From the NCBI GenBank assembly GCA_964016885.1, contig OZ024760.1, positions 7,688,001 through 7,752,000 on the forward strand: DNA of 64,000 nt, given 5' to 3'. The notes under the pieces are model-generated. The model did not search any database. It had not been told where the DNA came from and was given only the letters and a program-made list of their open reading frames with translations. This document shows, piece after piece, positions 12,110-26,277 of the stretch. The position numbers were made by a program, and so were the translations under genes. Position 1 is the first letter of the stretch. Each line of letters opens with the position of its first letter. The DNA is from Eledone cirrhosa (lineage: Eukaryota).

Positions 12110-12445
12110 TTATAAGCAAATGGGGGCCCACAACCCCGGCGGACAGAACAGAGAAGGCATTTACTTGGAGGATGGTGAGGGAAACACGTTGGAATGGCCA
12201 TTCCAGCTCACACCTACGGGTAGCAAACTCATTGCCGGCGGTGGTGAGTAGCGAGGTGGTCCTAGGGCCAAGGACACCAAATGTTTCCACTGTACAGGCT
12301 TGACCGCAAACCTGTTGGAGACTGACCGATACCTGGAAAGTTTAGCCTCCTTGGACCGAAGTGCACCAGAGCCTGGATTAGTCGCAGACTGCACCAGGTT
12401 GCCGCATGTTTGTATTGTATGCACACATTTCATCCAATCCACATA
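12110..12445 (-). mobile_element. CRE-clade (restriction-like endonuclease) non-LTR retrotransposon, C-terminal fragment
   Basis: SATNPGSGALRSKEAKLSRYRSVSNRFAVKPV, one frameshift, then VETFGVLGP...EWPFQRVSLTILQVNAFSVL. Fits the recalled CRE RLE pattern AE-x-x-K-x-x-KY...P-x-AVET-x-G-x-x-G...QR-x-S-x-x-x-QRGNA. Confidence 0.7.
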
Positions 12446-12730
12446 TACTAAAGACTATGAGGGAATGATGCTAGAGCTGTGAAATCTTGCAAACATTAAG
12501 TTCAACTATTCTTAACTATATTGTTTCTTTCTAGGGACTATGTTGAAAAATAAACCTCATTTTATCATTCCATGAGAGTAATAAGAGTACCTTGGTTATA
12601 GGCTGACTATGAAGGAGTCATGCTAAAGCTGTGAAATCTTGCATGCATTAATTCCAACTATTCTTAATAACTATGTTGAAAAATAAACCTCAATTGGTCA
12701 GTCCAAGAGTATTATTTTATATTCTTTTAT

Positions 12731-12930
12731 AGGCGGTGAATTGGCAGTATCGGTAGAGGGTTGGACACCATGCTTTGATGCATAGAGTTACGGCCCTTGC
12801 CATTCTGAGTTCAAATCCTGCCTAGGTTAACTTTGCCTTTCATCCTTACGGGGTCGATAAAATAAAGTACCAGTAATACACTGGGATAATTGCTGGCCTT
12901 GTGCCAAAAGTAGAAACAATTATTATTATT
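12731..12930 (+). mobile_element. tRNA-derived SINE, full copy with ATT tail
   Basis: GGCGGTGAATTGGCAG...GAGTTCAAATCC...GCCTTTCATCCTTACGGGGTCGATAAAATAAAGTACCAG...AGAAACAATTATT. Confidence 0.8.
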
Positions 12931-13029
12931 TTCTTTTCTGGCATATTTCTTTTTTCAGCTTATTCAATTAACAAAAAAAAAAAAAATGAAATTTGAAGGG
13001 AAAGCTGCTTTGCCCAATTATTGCTGAGA

Positions 13030-13170
13030 GGGCCATGGTGGCAGAATCCTCAAACACTCCTAGTTGGTCTTGTCAGAAGCAACCGTCTCCAACCGATCCA
13101 GCTGAGTCCCTAGGCAAGACCGGCTGAGCTCTTGGATGTTATCCAACCATCTTGCTTGGGTCTATCTCGG
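13030..13170 (-). mobile_element. RTE-type LINE 3' fragment from a different subfamily
   Basis: Degenerate RP-x-ARWLDNIQE...VASDK translation resembling RGRP-x-x-RW-x-D-x-I...A-x-DR. Confidence 0.45.
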
Positions 13171-14220
13171 AGTCTCCTACCAGGTGGTTTTGCCCGTAAA
13201 ATCTGTCCTTAATGTCGGAGCTGTGATCTCTCAATTTAGAGAAATAGTGGCTCTACCTGAAGTGACTGATCTCCGAGCTACAGCGATTCTTTCCAGAGAC
13301 ATTCTAATTTCATGTCCATAATATCAGAGCTGTAATCTCTCAATTCAGAGTAGTGGCTCTACCTGGAACAACTCTCAGTGAAAGCTTAATATTTAAATAC
13401 ATTTTAAATATTAAGACATTACAAGCACCAATTTGAGGCCACAAAAAATAACAAGCCCACTAACAGGATTTGGGCCACATATCTATTGTGCACTTTGTTT
13501 TGTTTCAAATTGTGCTCAATATGAAATGAAAATGAATAAAATTTACAGGTCAAACGCCCATAGAAGATTAGCTGGCCTCCTATGTTGTATCTCATAGGTT
13601 TCTTGGGTGATTTAATGGTAACAGCCACCAGTCCTACTGTGAAAAGCAACATGAAATGAAGTGTCTTGCTCAAAAACACATGCCGCACATTCCAAGAATC
13701 AAACCCACGATTTTATGATCATGAGTTCAACACAAACTACTAAGCCACGTTCTTTCACATCACAGCTGGGTTCATATCAAAGGTGTTAAATGCCCTCCAC
13801 ACCCTGAAACATCATGATTACATGAGGAGTTGTTGAAACTAAGGAATTTGACTTTGAAATTCGCTCAAATGTCTAGCAGAGTAGCATTTCACCTCCAATA
13901 CTTTTCAATTGTGTGCGTGTGTGTATAATATATAGAATCCCAATGTAAATCAGGAGGCGACCACTATCAAAAAGGGTTCTCGATACTTTAGTAGAGTATA
14001 GGCGTATTCATTTAATTACAGAAATGACTACATAACTAGAACTGTTTCGATCGTGTATACACACACACACCACACACAATCATCATCATTTAATGTCCAT
14101 CTTCACTGCTAGCAAGTGTTGTATCAGCCTTCACAGACCATGCCAGTACTCAAGTAGAGTTACTGTCCTCTAAGATGAGCAAGTGGCCTGGCTTATATCT
14201 CATATTCCCATGCTCTACAG

Positions 14221-14451
14221 CAAAGATTCTCAAAGTGGGTGCTACCACTCCCTGGGGGGCATTGAGAAGGTTCAGGGGGCCCTGAGGCCTAAGGGGGGCC
14301 AGTGGTAGAGATGATATAATAGAATATTAAATATCAAATGATACATATATATAAATATAGTAAAATAAAAAAATATATAATATTTATTTATACATAGTAT
14401 ATATTATATTATATATAAATTAATAATATTATATATGTTTGAGAGCCTCTG
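14221..14451. mobile_element. hAT MITE
   Basis: CAAAGATTCTCAAA ... TTTGAGAGCCTCTG; TSD CTCTACAG/CTCTAGAG. Confidence 0.75.
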
Positions 14452-15997
14452 CTCTAGAGTACATTTGAAAATGACACCAGTAATAGGGAGGTCATCCTGC
14501 CCTTGACACAGCTGAACAGTCCTCCTGACCCTTTGTTTGGTATATATAAATATATAAACGAATTCCAGCTACACTGGGTTGCATTCACATTTTCTGACAA
14601 ACAGGCCAGCTATAATAGTCAACATCCCTCAAAGGATTAATATGGAAAAGGTCAAATGTTTCACTGGAAACCGATGATGGATGATTGGAGAGCACATGTA
14701 GAGAGATTAGCACCATAACATTTCCTAACTGAATCGCCAGATCAACTTGAAACTGGACTTGGGCCAAAATATTTTACAAACCTGCTAGATTAAGTTACTT
14801 GGTACCAAACCTCCTGAAAACTCACCCTGGTTCTACAATATAATATTGTTTGTTTGTTAAGTGTTTAATCCTTTAACATTTAAAGGGACCATATCCAGCC
14901 AGGGTTCTCACCTCTTTCTGTTCGAACCATCCGTAACTGGCCACTCATACCAACATTAAGGTATTGTTCTCAAAATAAATAACATCAAAATCTCAGATTC
15001 GATATTATATTGGTTTCTCTTTCATTTCCTTTTCCTTATTTTTTACAAACAGTCCCAACCTACCCTGTAAAATGGTCATGTTGGTGAGACAATAAAAGCT
15101 CCTAGTCCACCCTATAAGGTGCTCATGCTGGTGAAAGAGCACCCAGCCCGCTCTGTAAGGTGGAAGAGCAAGTGACAACAAAAAACACCCAGTCCACACA
15201 GTAAAGTGGTCATGTTGATGACTCGACAAAAAGCACCCAGTCCATTCGGTAAAGTCATCGTTTTCATGCCACAACAAAAAACACTCAATCCAACCTGTCA
15301 GTTGGTCACCACAATAAAAAGCACCCAGTCCATGCTGTAAATGTGGTTGGTCTTAAGAATGGCATCTAGCAGTAGAAACCAAACCAGAAACAGTTGTGTG
15401 AGCTAGATGGGGTCATCTGATCTGATCTGACCTGTCTCACAATGGGACAAGTTGTCTAACCCATGCTAGCGTGGAAAAATGGACAGAGAAAAAGACTGCA
15501 GAGGAAAGATGTTGGTGTCGTCCTATGTACAACAAACATTTGATGGAACCAGAGTGTGTGGGCAAGTTAGAAATGGTCCTCGGTCAGTTTCAACGATGAG
15601 TGTCCTAGCTGTTAGATCAAGGGAACGGCCAGCTCAAGAAATTAACCGGTAAGTGGCTAAATATTCCACAGACACATGTGCCCTTAATGTAATTCTCAGG
15701 GAGATTCAGTGGACAGTGTGGGTGTGTGTGTGTCACAAGGCTGGCCCTTTGAATTACAGGTAAAGTCATTGTATTACAGTGTAAGTGGCTGAGCATTCCA
15801 GACATGCGTACCCTTAATCTCAGGGAGATTCAGCATGACACAACTGGCTTTTTCAATTACAGTCTATTTGTCGGACTTCCAAACAGTTTCTGCCTACCAA
15901 CTTTCACTTGCATTTGCCCTAAGATGCCAGCCACATCATGTGATCAAACCTGGAACCTAACAATTACGAAACAAACTTTGTAACCATTTGGCTAGAG

Positions 15998-16244
15998 CAG
16001 AGGTTCCCAACTTTTGGGACCAGCGTCCCCTTCATGGCCACGTAATATCCTCAGTGACCCCACCCCTATTTCCAGGGATACCTGCCTACACACAAATATG
16101 TAATATGTATCATTTGATATACTATTATATTATTTCAACCACTTCCTCACTGCTCCCCTAAGCACCAGCACCCCTGGACCTTCTCAACGCCCCCCCCCCC
16201 CTTCGTGGGGGGAGGGGGTGTAGTACCCACTTTCAGAACCTCTG
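15998..16244. mobile_element. hAT MITE
   Basis: CAGAGGTTCCCAA ... TTCAGAACCTCTG; TSD GGCTAGAG/GGCTAGAT. Confidence 0.78.
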
Positions 16245-16525
16245 GGCTAGATCAAGTTAAAGAAGTGGTCAAGAGATAAGGTGTAGAAAGGAAGTACTTA
16301 TGACAGTGAGAAAAATAAGACAATTCGGACAAGGTGAAGGAAAACTGAAAATCATAAGTATAAAATCAAAGTTAATTTAACACAAAGTTTACAACCAAGC
16401 CCACAAACCCCACTGTTTTGCCTGGTATTTTATTTCTAATGAAATGTACTTGTTACTTTCAAAATCAATTTGAAAAATAATCCAGAATTTGAAGGTATTT
16501 AGTAAAATAAGTAATTTTGCCATTA

Positions 16526-17096
16526 TTGACCCTTTCATGACCATATTTCTAATGCAAAATAATTAATTAATAAAGAATTTTGAGGGATTTACTAAAATTA
16601 TCAAATATTTCATTACTAAGATAGTAACTTAATGTTACTTAAGATAGTAACTTATATAAAATTATGCTGCAAGTTTTTTTTATTTAAATTGGAAACCTTT
16701 AAAACAGGTCAATTTATTTCATAGAACCAGAGTTGGTTTTGGCCAGGATGGTAAGATAGTAACTTAGTGTAAGGTTCTCATATAAAATTATGTTAGAATA
16801 TTTTAATTCTATTGGAAACCTCTAACAATTAAGCCGGTTGTATCCAGTCAGAATTCTCTTGCCTCTTTCTGTTCATAAACTGGTCATAACCGGCCACTCA
16901 TACCAACATTAAGGTAGAGTTCTCAAAATAAATAATATCAAAATCTTGTAGATTCAATATTATCTTTGATAAAGCCTTTACCATGAAAATACAATAGTAA
17001 ATATAGAGTAATGTAAATGTTAAAGGGTTAAAATAGGTGGATTTATTTCATAGAACCAGAGCAGGTTTTGGTCGGGTTGGTAACTAAAGGGTTAAA
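16526..17096. mobile_element. Second piggyBac-like MITE family with a nested first-family copy (about 16830-17031)
   Basis: CCCTTTCATGACCA ... TGGTAACTAAAGGG-TTAA; the inner copy ends AAATGTTAAAGGG-TTAA. Confidence 0.55.
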
Positions 17097-17516
17097 CTTG
17101 GTTTTTTCAGAACATCTGTTCTAGTGGTTCTGTCAATTCACCACTGCCTTACCATAATAAATATTTTAATTAGTCATAACACCAATGTATACTGGAATCC
17201 AAAGTACTTCACTTGCATCTCATGATCGACTCCTCAGGGAGAGAATAAAAAAAAATAAAAATAAAAAAAACTTTGTTGCCGTTACATAAAAAACAACAAC
17301 GGCAAAAATAACATTTAACTTGTTGCAGAACAGGAAAGAATACACAGAGCAGACATGTAAATCTATTTAGCTAGAGACCCCAGCTATGGATAAATCGAAT
17401 CAATAATAACAATGTTAGAAATTTCACTGCACTGTTTCTAGCCATCGTTGACAATAAGAAATTAAAAATATCTTGTCAGGTTTAATGGATTCATTTTGCA
17501 TGCACTGCTCATTATA

Positions 17517-17549
<33 letters not shown>

Positions 17550-18218
17550 TGGGAGGATGCTCAGTCGTGTCATGCATGACAGCCTCCTCAATATTGGTGA
17601 TCTATACAATAAACACACCCATCACACACTGTAAAGTGGTTGATGATAGGAGGAGAATCCAGCCATAGAAAGCTTGCCAAACAAAGGGTCCTCCTGACCC
17701 TTGAGTTGTGTCAAAGACATGACAACCTCTCCCATGCCATTGGTAGAACATGTGACCATACATAAGCGAGATCCCTGGTTTCTCTGAGAGGTCACTAGCC
17801 CTGCTTCAGTACCGACTTGGTCTACCCAGACCCATCCTACTCTTGCTAGCAAGGAAACTAGGCATTAAAATGATGATGGGGAGGGGGGGGGGGGTCACTA
17901 ATTACATATTTTCAATTCTTTTTAAATCCGAACTGGCCCCTAATCACTACACATGGATCCCTTTAAGATAAATAGATTAAAAAAAGTGCAAAGTGAATCT
18001 TGTAGAAGTTTGACGAGTAACAAACCCTAAACATAACATTAATGTCCAATAATGAGGTTAACTTTGCCTTTCATCCTTACGGGGTCGATAAAATAAAGTA
18101 CCAGTAATGCACTGGGTAATTGCTGGCCTTGTGCCAAAAGTAGAAACAATTAATGTCCAATAAATCCAGTCTTATTTTGAGATTTATTGACAATAACTCC
18201 CTAGTTGTGTATGGTCTA

Positions 18219-18845
18219 GTGTGGTGTGCTCCCATGTGTAGTGTGTGTGGTGTGTCTCCATGTGTAGTGTGTGTGGTGTGTCTCCATGTGTAGTGTGTGT
18301 GGTGTGTCTCCATGTGTAGTGTGTGTGGTGTGTCTCCATGTGTAGTGTGTGTGGTGTGTCTCCATGTGTAGTGTGTGTGGTGTGTCTCCATGTGTATGTG
18401 TGTGGTGTGTCTCCATGTGTATGTGTGTGGTGTGTCTCCATGTGTACGTGTGTGGTGTGTCTCCATGTGTACGTGTGTGGTGTGTCTCCATGTGTATGTG
18501 TGTGGTGTGTCTCCATGTGTAGTGTGTGTGGTGTGTCTCCATGTGTAGTGTGTGTGGTGTGTCTCCATGTGTAGTGTGTGTGGTGTGTCTCCATGTGTAC
18601 GTGTGTGGTGTGTCTCCATGTGTACGTGTGTGGTGTGTCTCCATGTGTACGTGTGTGGTGTGTCTCCATGTGTACGTGTGTGGTGTGTCTCCATGTGTAC
18701 GTGTGTGGTGTGTCTCCATGTGTACGTGTGTGGTGTGTCTCCATGTGTACGTGTGTGGTGTGTCTCCATGTGTGTGTGTGTGGTGTGTCTCCATGTGTAC
18801 GTGTGTGTGGTGTGTCTCCATGTGTACGTGTGTGGTGTGGTGTGT
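18219..18845. repeat. 26-bp GT-rich minisatellite, about 24 copies
   Basis: Unit CTCCATGTGTA(GT/C/T)GTGTGTGGTGTGT. Confidence 0.95.
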
Positions 18846-19926
18846 CAGTGTTGTGTATCCTCACCCCAACAACAACACATATATACACACACAAACACAT
18901 ACACAGAGTAAAGAAATTTAACAAAAGCCACCACACTAACACAGACAGTTCATATTAACTGGAATATTGATCAAATGACACAGCTTCTAGATATTATGTA
19001 ATAATGGCTTCTTGCCTTCGTGGAGAAGAAACTAACAACAACAAAACCAACAAACTAACGTAGACTAAACAAACATACATTTTCAGTGGAGAACCTTATA
19101 GTAAAATCAATTTAAAATAAACATATACACACAAAATAGATTAATTTCTATTAATATAATAAATTTTGTTTCGTCATCTCAATCCCCACCAACACCACCT
19201 TTGCTCAACCTTGTAACGAAACAAGTTTATAGCATAGGCACAAGGCCAGCAATTAGGGCGGCGGCGGGGGGGGGGGGGGGGAGAGGAAAGTCATAATAAA
19301 CTCACCTCAGTATTTTACTGGTACTTTTTTTTTAATCGACTCCCTAAAAAAGGAGAAACAGCGAAGTTGAGCTCGACAGGACCTGAACTCTTAACGTAAA
19401 GAGGCCCTGTGGGTGATCTTACGATTCTGTCAATCCAGTGGTGGCAAGGAGGAGGGCTGAGGTACATAAACGATACTACCTCCACCTAACTCCAGTTTAA
19501 AAAATAAAACCATCGATGGAATTTTATTTTAATAAAACAAAAAGAAAAAAAATCATGTGAAACCAAATCTTGTTAACCCCACGTTTTTTAAGGCCAGAGA
19601 CAACTTTCGGTAACTTCCGTGAGTGGAAATTGTTGGGTTTTTAAGAATTTTTAATAATTTGGGTTTTTAAGAATTTTTAATAATTTTTATTTTTATCAAC
19701 ATAATTATAAACACCTTCGAACATGTCTCTTTGCTTGCAAAATGTGAATTAAGAAAATTATCAGGAGGGGGGGGGGGGGGTATAAACTGGAGCTATGCCG
19801 TCTGTGCGTGTACTATATATATACACACACACACAGAGACAGACATTTACACATACACTACCTCCCCAAGTATCGGGTACTTAGCTGGACATGGTAAACC
19901 CCCAATCTCTCTCTCTATGTATCTAT

Positions 19927-19968
<42 letters not shown>

Positions 19969-20574
19969 TGGATGTATACACACCATCTATATTATACATA
20001 CATACACCTACAGGTTAGTGTCCCCACTCAGAGACAGACAGCACACAGGTGAGTGTCACACAGCGTAGCGTGTCTTGGGGGGGGGGGGGCATTTTTAAAC
20101 ATAGCGGATCTCATTCCCTCTCCAGGTCTGAACACAAACGATTTCTACCGGAGAACAGGGGGGGGGGGGGGGGGGAATCGACCCCAGTACTGGACTGGAT
20201 TTTTTTTCTTTTTTAATTTATCCATCTTGAAATGATTAAAGTGCCCATCCATAACTTTATTTTTTAAATATACTCCGTTAGTATATATGAAGATTACCCC
20301 ACCCCCCTTTTATATATATATAATTTTTTTTTTTTTTTTTTGCCAACCTAACAAACAACCGAAGGGTTGGTTAGATTATAGCCATCATAAAATTAAATCA
20401 AAAACTCAACATTCACTCGCGGAAATTACCAGAATTGGTCTGATCTTAAAACGAGGATTACCCAAGGAAATGCTTGACTACATCAGATATATTTAAACAA
20501 TAACAATACACTCTTTTCAGTAACCACTCTCAATAAACGATTTATATATATATATATATATATAACATATATAC

Positions 20575-20606
<32 letters not shown>

Positions 20607-20729
20607 CAAAGAAAAATGAAGTTTCCTTTACATGTATTCTAAATATGTATAAACGAAACTTTGTCGTTTTTAATACACACTGCCTGAGCAGCGAGTGCTC
20701 GTTTTGGTACCATCAGTAATTCACTGAAT

Positions 20730-20771
<42 letters not shown>

Positions 20772-20903
20772 CACACACACACAAGTTTAAAAGTTATATG
20801 GAGAGAGAGAATTATTGCCACCTAAAAGTATGTATATTTTCCTAAATATTGTTTGCTCTACATGTGTACAAAATGTTGCGTTTCAAATTATGTGCTTTTT
20901 CAT

Positions 20904-20943
<40 letters not shown>

Positions 20944-21120
20944 GATATTAACAAATGGAAACTATATTTATAAAACCATATTTATTTTATTATACATATT
21001 TCAAGGACACCACGTTAAATTGTGCTTTCATCAGACAAAATACAATATAGATCAGTTTTATAAATAAATATTGACATACCCTTAAAAAATGCAACCATTA
21101 CTGTTGGAAGCTCCCGGATA

Positions 21121-21161
<41 letters not shown>

Positions 21162-21542
21162 TAACAGATTAATATATAAATAACAGGTTTAATATATAAA
21201 TAACAGGTTTAATATATAAATATATATATATATTTTAAACTTGTATAATTTACGCTCTGAACTAAAAGTCCATTGAGCTTCTTTTTATAGAGAAACATGA
21301 TGGTTATACATTTAATATGTATTAACACCATAACTTTATATATATATATATATATTCAATTAGAGAAAGTTGGTAGATTGAAAATCTGCCGACTTTTGAC
21401 CGGTTGCATATCAACGGATATTTACATCTGTGGATTTTATCTGAAGAGAACACGTTGGCAGATGTTATACAAAAGACATACGTCTTCGAAATACGTATAA
21501 CAGGATGGACTAATGTAACCGTCTTACTTGTTTTTTATTATT

Positions 21543-21573
<31 letters not shown>

Positions 21574-24061
21574 GTTATACTCGGGGAGGGTCATATTTGT
21601 GTAATATTGCCATTTTAAACTTGTATAGCTAACTGTCAAACATACACTCCTACTTCCACCGATTTCGGAAATTAGAATTATATTTAGTAAAAAAAAGAAA
21701 AAAAGAAAAAAAATATATATATATATAATGGCTTCTGATTTAGACACATGGCGAAGAATTAGGGGAAGGGCGATTAAATCGACCCCACTAGTACTTTATT
21801 GTATCGACCATGTAAGGATGAAAGGCAAAGCAATAATAATTAAGGCTTAGATATAACTTTACAGCATAGTTTCGATATTAAATCCAACATTACTGAGCGG
21901 TTAGTGAAGCAACAAGCCAAGGATGTGTGTGTGTGTAAGGGTGGACAGAAAAGTTAATTGGCTGGCTATGCAGGGGTGATGCAAGAGCTATGAAATCTTG
22001 CATGCATCAATTTCAACTCTTATTAATAACTGCTTTATCTATGTTGAAAAGTAAACTTCCTTTGGTCATTCCATGAAAGTATCTTGGCCAGACTGAACTT
22101 TTCATCCAACCCCTGTGTGTGTGTATATGTAGAAATAATTTAACCGTTCCCAAGGAAATGTACTGAAGTCTGGTGTTTCTCTTACATTTATACAAAAAAA
22201 AAACAATAAAAAAAACAACCAATCAAACTACTTAGGAAGTCAGATGGATATAAGGTAAGACTAATACGATAGAGGTCGATAAAGAATTTTTTTTTAAAGT
22301 AGCAATCCAGTACTGGGATTGATTCTCCTTGAAAGAAATCAGCTTTGTTCAGACATGGCGTGGGGATGAGCTCCGCCAGGTTTTTAAATGTCCCACTACC
22401 ATCATCAGTACAAAAAACAGGCCGCACCCTAACCACTCCACCTGGTGTTACGCGTCCGTACACACCTTACGATGAATAATAATGTGAAAAAAAATAAAAC
22501 AACTACAGATATATCAGCAAAAAAAAAAAAAATCTGATGTCAATCAAGGACAATCGGTTACGTGCTCGACTCTACTCTTGTGCAAGTGTCCACACACTTT
22601 CACACAAAATCAAGATACGCTGCTGGTGGCCGATAAAATCCCATGTTTTTGTTTAATAACGTCTCTTTACATTCTGGGTTCAAATCCCGCCGAGTCTACT
22701 TCGATGTTTACCCTATTAATTAAGTACTGGGGATAGAAACAACTAAATAGACATTATTTCGCCCCTAGACGGTATTTATATTTACAGAGAGAGAGAGAAA
22801 GAAAGAGAGCCTGCGGTGCTGAGACAGGGGCGACCGTGTGTGTGTGTGTGTGTGTGTGTACAAACCGTAAATGGAAACAACAATGACTATATTAGTTCAA
22901 TGCTTGATACAATAGGAAAATAATCGTAACGTTTCAGACACTAGTCCTTCATCAGAAGATAAAATGAGAAATAGAGAAGATAGATAGAGCTGGACCTTGA
23001 AAGGGAACGAAAAGACCAAGTTCCTTCGATAGGATATGAACTCAGATTACAGAGGGAACGAATGCTGCAAATCATTCTATCCGAAACTCTAACGACTCTA
23101 CAAATCCGCATACTCGTGTGCGTGTGTGTGTCCTTTCCTTAAACACACCTATTATGCTTAATGCGAGAGTAGGAATATTTTCCGAGGGGGAGGGCAGAGG
23201 GCGGGAAGAAAGCACTGTTAAATAAGGTACTCAATACATTAATAGAGAAGATACATATTTCATAGAGAAATGACTTCGACAGGAATAGAACATTCGTCTG
23301 AAGTCATCGGGAATGTCCTAATGATATACAAGTAACTTCACGTGTGTGTGCGTGCGTATATATACATATATATATACATATACATATATATATATAAACG
23401 CGAAGAAAAGCGAGCAGAATCCTGCTTTACTCATATTTGTAATTTTCACGACCCCCCAACCCCCTTATTTACTCTTTCCGATGTGTTCTTCTAATTTCGA
23501 TTACCCCATTGAAAACTGTTTCTAAATTTGGCACGAGGCCCACACACATTTAGATTAAAGCTGCATTCTCCTAACAAAAGACAGACATTACTCACACGGA
23601 GTGACTAGAATAATAAAAATAATAATAATAATAATAGTAATATTATTATTATTACTAGTTCTTTATTGGCCACAGGGGCTGAAAAACACGAAGGACATTA
23701 CAAAAACAGGGACAGTCGGGGAGGGGAGGGCATAAAATCGAGTAAAAATGATAAAATACATAAAATTTCTCAAATAGCGGGGGAGTACCACCCAGGAGTG
23801 GCATAGGAAGAACCACCACTGATCTTAAACCACCCTACTCACCAAGAGCACCCATGAAGGGCGCTCCTTATATTTCCATATTAATCACAAGGGGTCCGAC
23901 ATATAGAAGACAATACAGAGAACAAGGACAGCAGGGGTTTACATAGAACTCAAGTAAAATGTAGCAAACAAAATATAATGAAAATTCCTTGGGGGGGGGG
24001 GTACCACCCAGGGGTGACTTAAGAGCCCTTACAGATCCTAAACCACCATAGGAGGGCGCCA

Positions 24062-24497
24062 CTAATAATTGTTTCTACTTTTGGTACAAGGCCAGCAATT
24101 ATGCCAGTGCATTACAGGTACTTTATTTTATCGACCCCAGATACAAGGCCAACAATTTGGGGAAAGAGAAAGTCGATTAAATTGATCCCAGTGCGTTACT
24201 GGTACTTTATTTTATCGACACTACCCCGTAAGGATGAAAGGCAAAGCCAATCTCGAGGGGATTTGAACACACTGCCCTTAATAATGATGATTTCTGATTT
24301 AGACACAAGACCAACAATTTTGAGGGAGGGGGGAAAGTCGATTAAATCAACCCTCAGAGCGTTACTGGTACTTTATTTTATCGATCCGACCCCGTAAGGA
24401 TGAAAAGCAAAGCTAACCTCGGCGGGATTTGAACTCAGAATGTAAAGCATGCTGTCCGGCGCTCTACCAATTCTATAGACAATCCAACGCCCTAATA
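24062..24497 (-). mobile_element. Cluster of tRNA-SINE copies and fragments; others at about 19235-19440, 21735-21830 and 26777-27130
   Basis: Reverse complement of the 12731 family: CTGGTACTTTATTTTATCGAC...GGATGAAAGGCAAAG...GATTTGAACTCAGAA. Confidence 0.75.
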
Positions 24498-25393
24498 ATA
24501 ATATTACGAAATGAAAGGGAACCTGCTTCGAACTAAACCCGATATTCAACATTTCTTTACTATTGATATATATAAAAAGGGAGAACACCTTTTTTCCTAT
24601 TTAAAATAGGAAAACAATATATAGATCTAGATCAATAAAATTAAATCGAAAACAAAAATGGAAATCATGTGTCTACTTTTGAGTTTTGTTAGTTGTTTCT
24701 TGTTTTTCTTTTTTTACCACCATTTCTTGTATTGTATGTTTTAATGGCTAAACGTGAGGTATAAACGACCAGATTTACACATTTAGGACTATGTGTGTGT
24801 GTGTATATATATATATACATATATATACACATACATACAAACACGTATATAATATACATATATATATTATATACATACATACATGTATATACATATATAT
24901 TATATATACATGAGTGTGCAAGACGCGTATTGTTCTGCTAGAGACATATATAAGCGAGCAAATTTAAAGTTTAGGAAAAGGTGGAAAGTGGAATAGAAAA
25001 ATATATATATTATATAGATATATACATACACACACTATATATACATACATACATCCAGGGAGATTGTAAAAGCAAATAAACTGTAGATGAGTTTTTACTA
25101 TATTATACAAAAAGTGGGTGAAAGACTACGTTAATCAAAGTATATATAATATACACACAAAATATACTTCGTTAGATCATACAAAAGAAGCATGTATACA
25201 CTAATTACAAATATATACATATATATATACAATTATATATACATACATATATAAATATGTCTCATAATGTATGTATGTGTATTAGAAACCGAAAAACGAA
25301 TATATACGAAGATTTAGTAACGAAAATACACCATATAAAATACGAAAATATGATGGATATAAAGTTTTTTTTTTTACATAGCGATTACGTTTT

Positions 25394-25431
<38 letters not shown>

Positions 25432-25715
25432 TTATATATATACAATACATTATATACGCAAACACATATATATATACGTATATATTATATTCAAGATTTG
25501 TTTTATGCATTTCATCTAAGCGACACAAAGGAGAAAGAAACATGAGTCTTGCACATAGAAGAGAGGGAGAGAGTAAGAGGGAGGGAGAATAGAGAGAGGT
25601 GGAAATAAAGCGAGGAGAGGCATTTTTTATCCTTCCCCCCTCTCTCTCTCTTTCTACATAGATGACTGTGTATGTGTAAATATATATATATATACATATA
25701 TATATCAATGTGTAT

Positions 25716-25781
<66 letters not shown>

Positions 25782-26277
25782 AAAGAGGATATATGAGAGT
25801 AAAATGTGTGAGGGGGAGAAAAGATCTATGTATATATTAATGTGAAAGTATGAGTATATATATTTCTATATATATATATATATTATATATATAACAATGC
25901 ACTGAGTAAAAGAATATATATATATATACACTTACATACACACACATATATATATTATATTATATATATGTATATATTGACCATAAATGAGAGAGTATAG
26001 CGAAGATATACAACAGAAAATTCTAGATAAACATGGTGAAACAAAGATTATAAAGAAGAGGGCATCACAAGCAATTAAATTGAAGCATAGAAGTATATCG
26101 TATATATGTAGTTATATATATATATTATAAAGGTTAACAAATCAATAACACACATATACATAAATAATATATCTAGAGAGAATGAGACACATATATATTT
26201 AGATATGCTATCCTACATTTACAAACCAAGTCGCAATTTGGCTCAAAAGATCTACAAAAAAACGAACAGGTTTTTAC

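Noticed and set aside
12161-12442. Possible host exon ending at AA|GTAAAT
   Set aside because: Better explained as a frameshifted CRE-like retrotransposon fragment.
12731-12830. tRNA genes at GTTCAAATCC motifs
   Set aside because: These are SINE heads that run into a shared SINE body; no complete cloverleaf.
18077-18958. His/Thr-rich and Cys/Val-rich ORFs
   Set aside because: Translations of the 26-bp GT minisatellite in all frames.
1406-26277. let-7/miR-98 cluster as in vertebrate HUWE1 introns
   Set aside because: No let-7-like mature sequence was noticed on the minus strand, and most of the gene lies outside the window.
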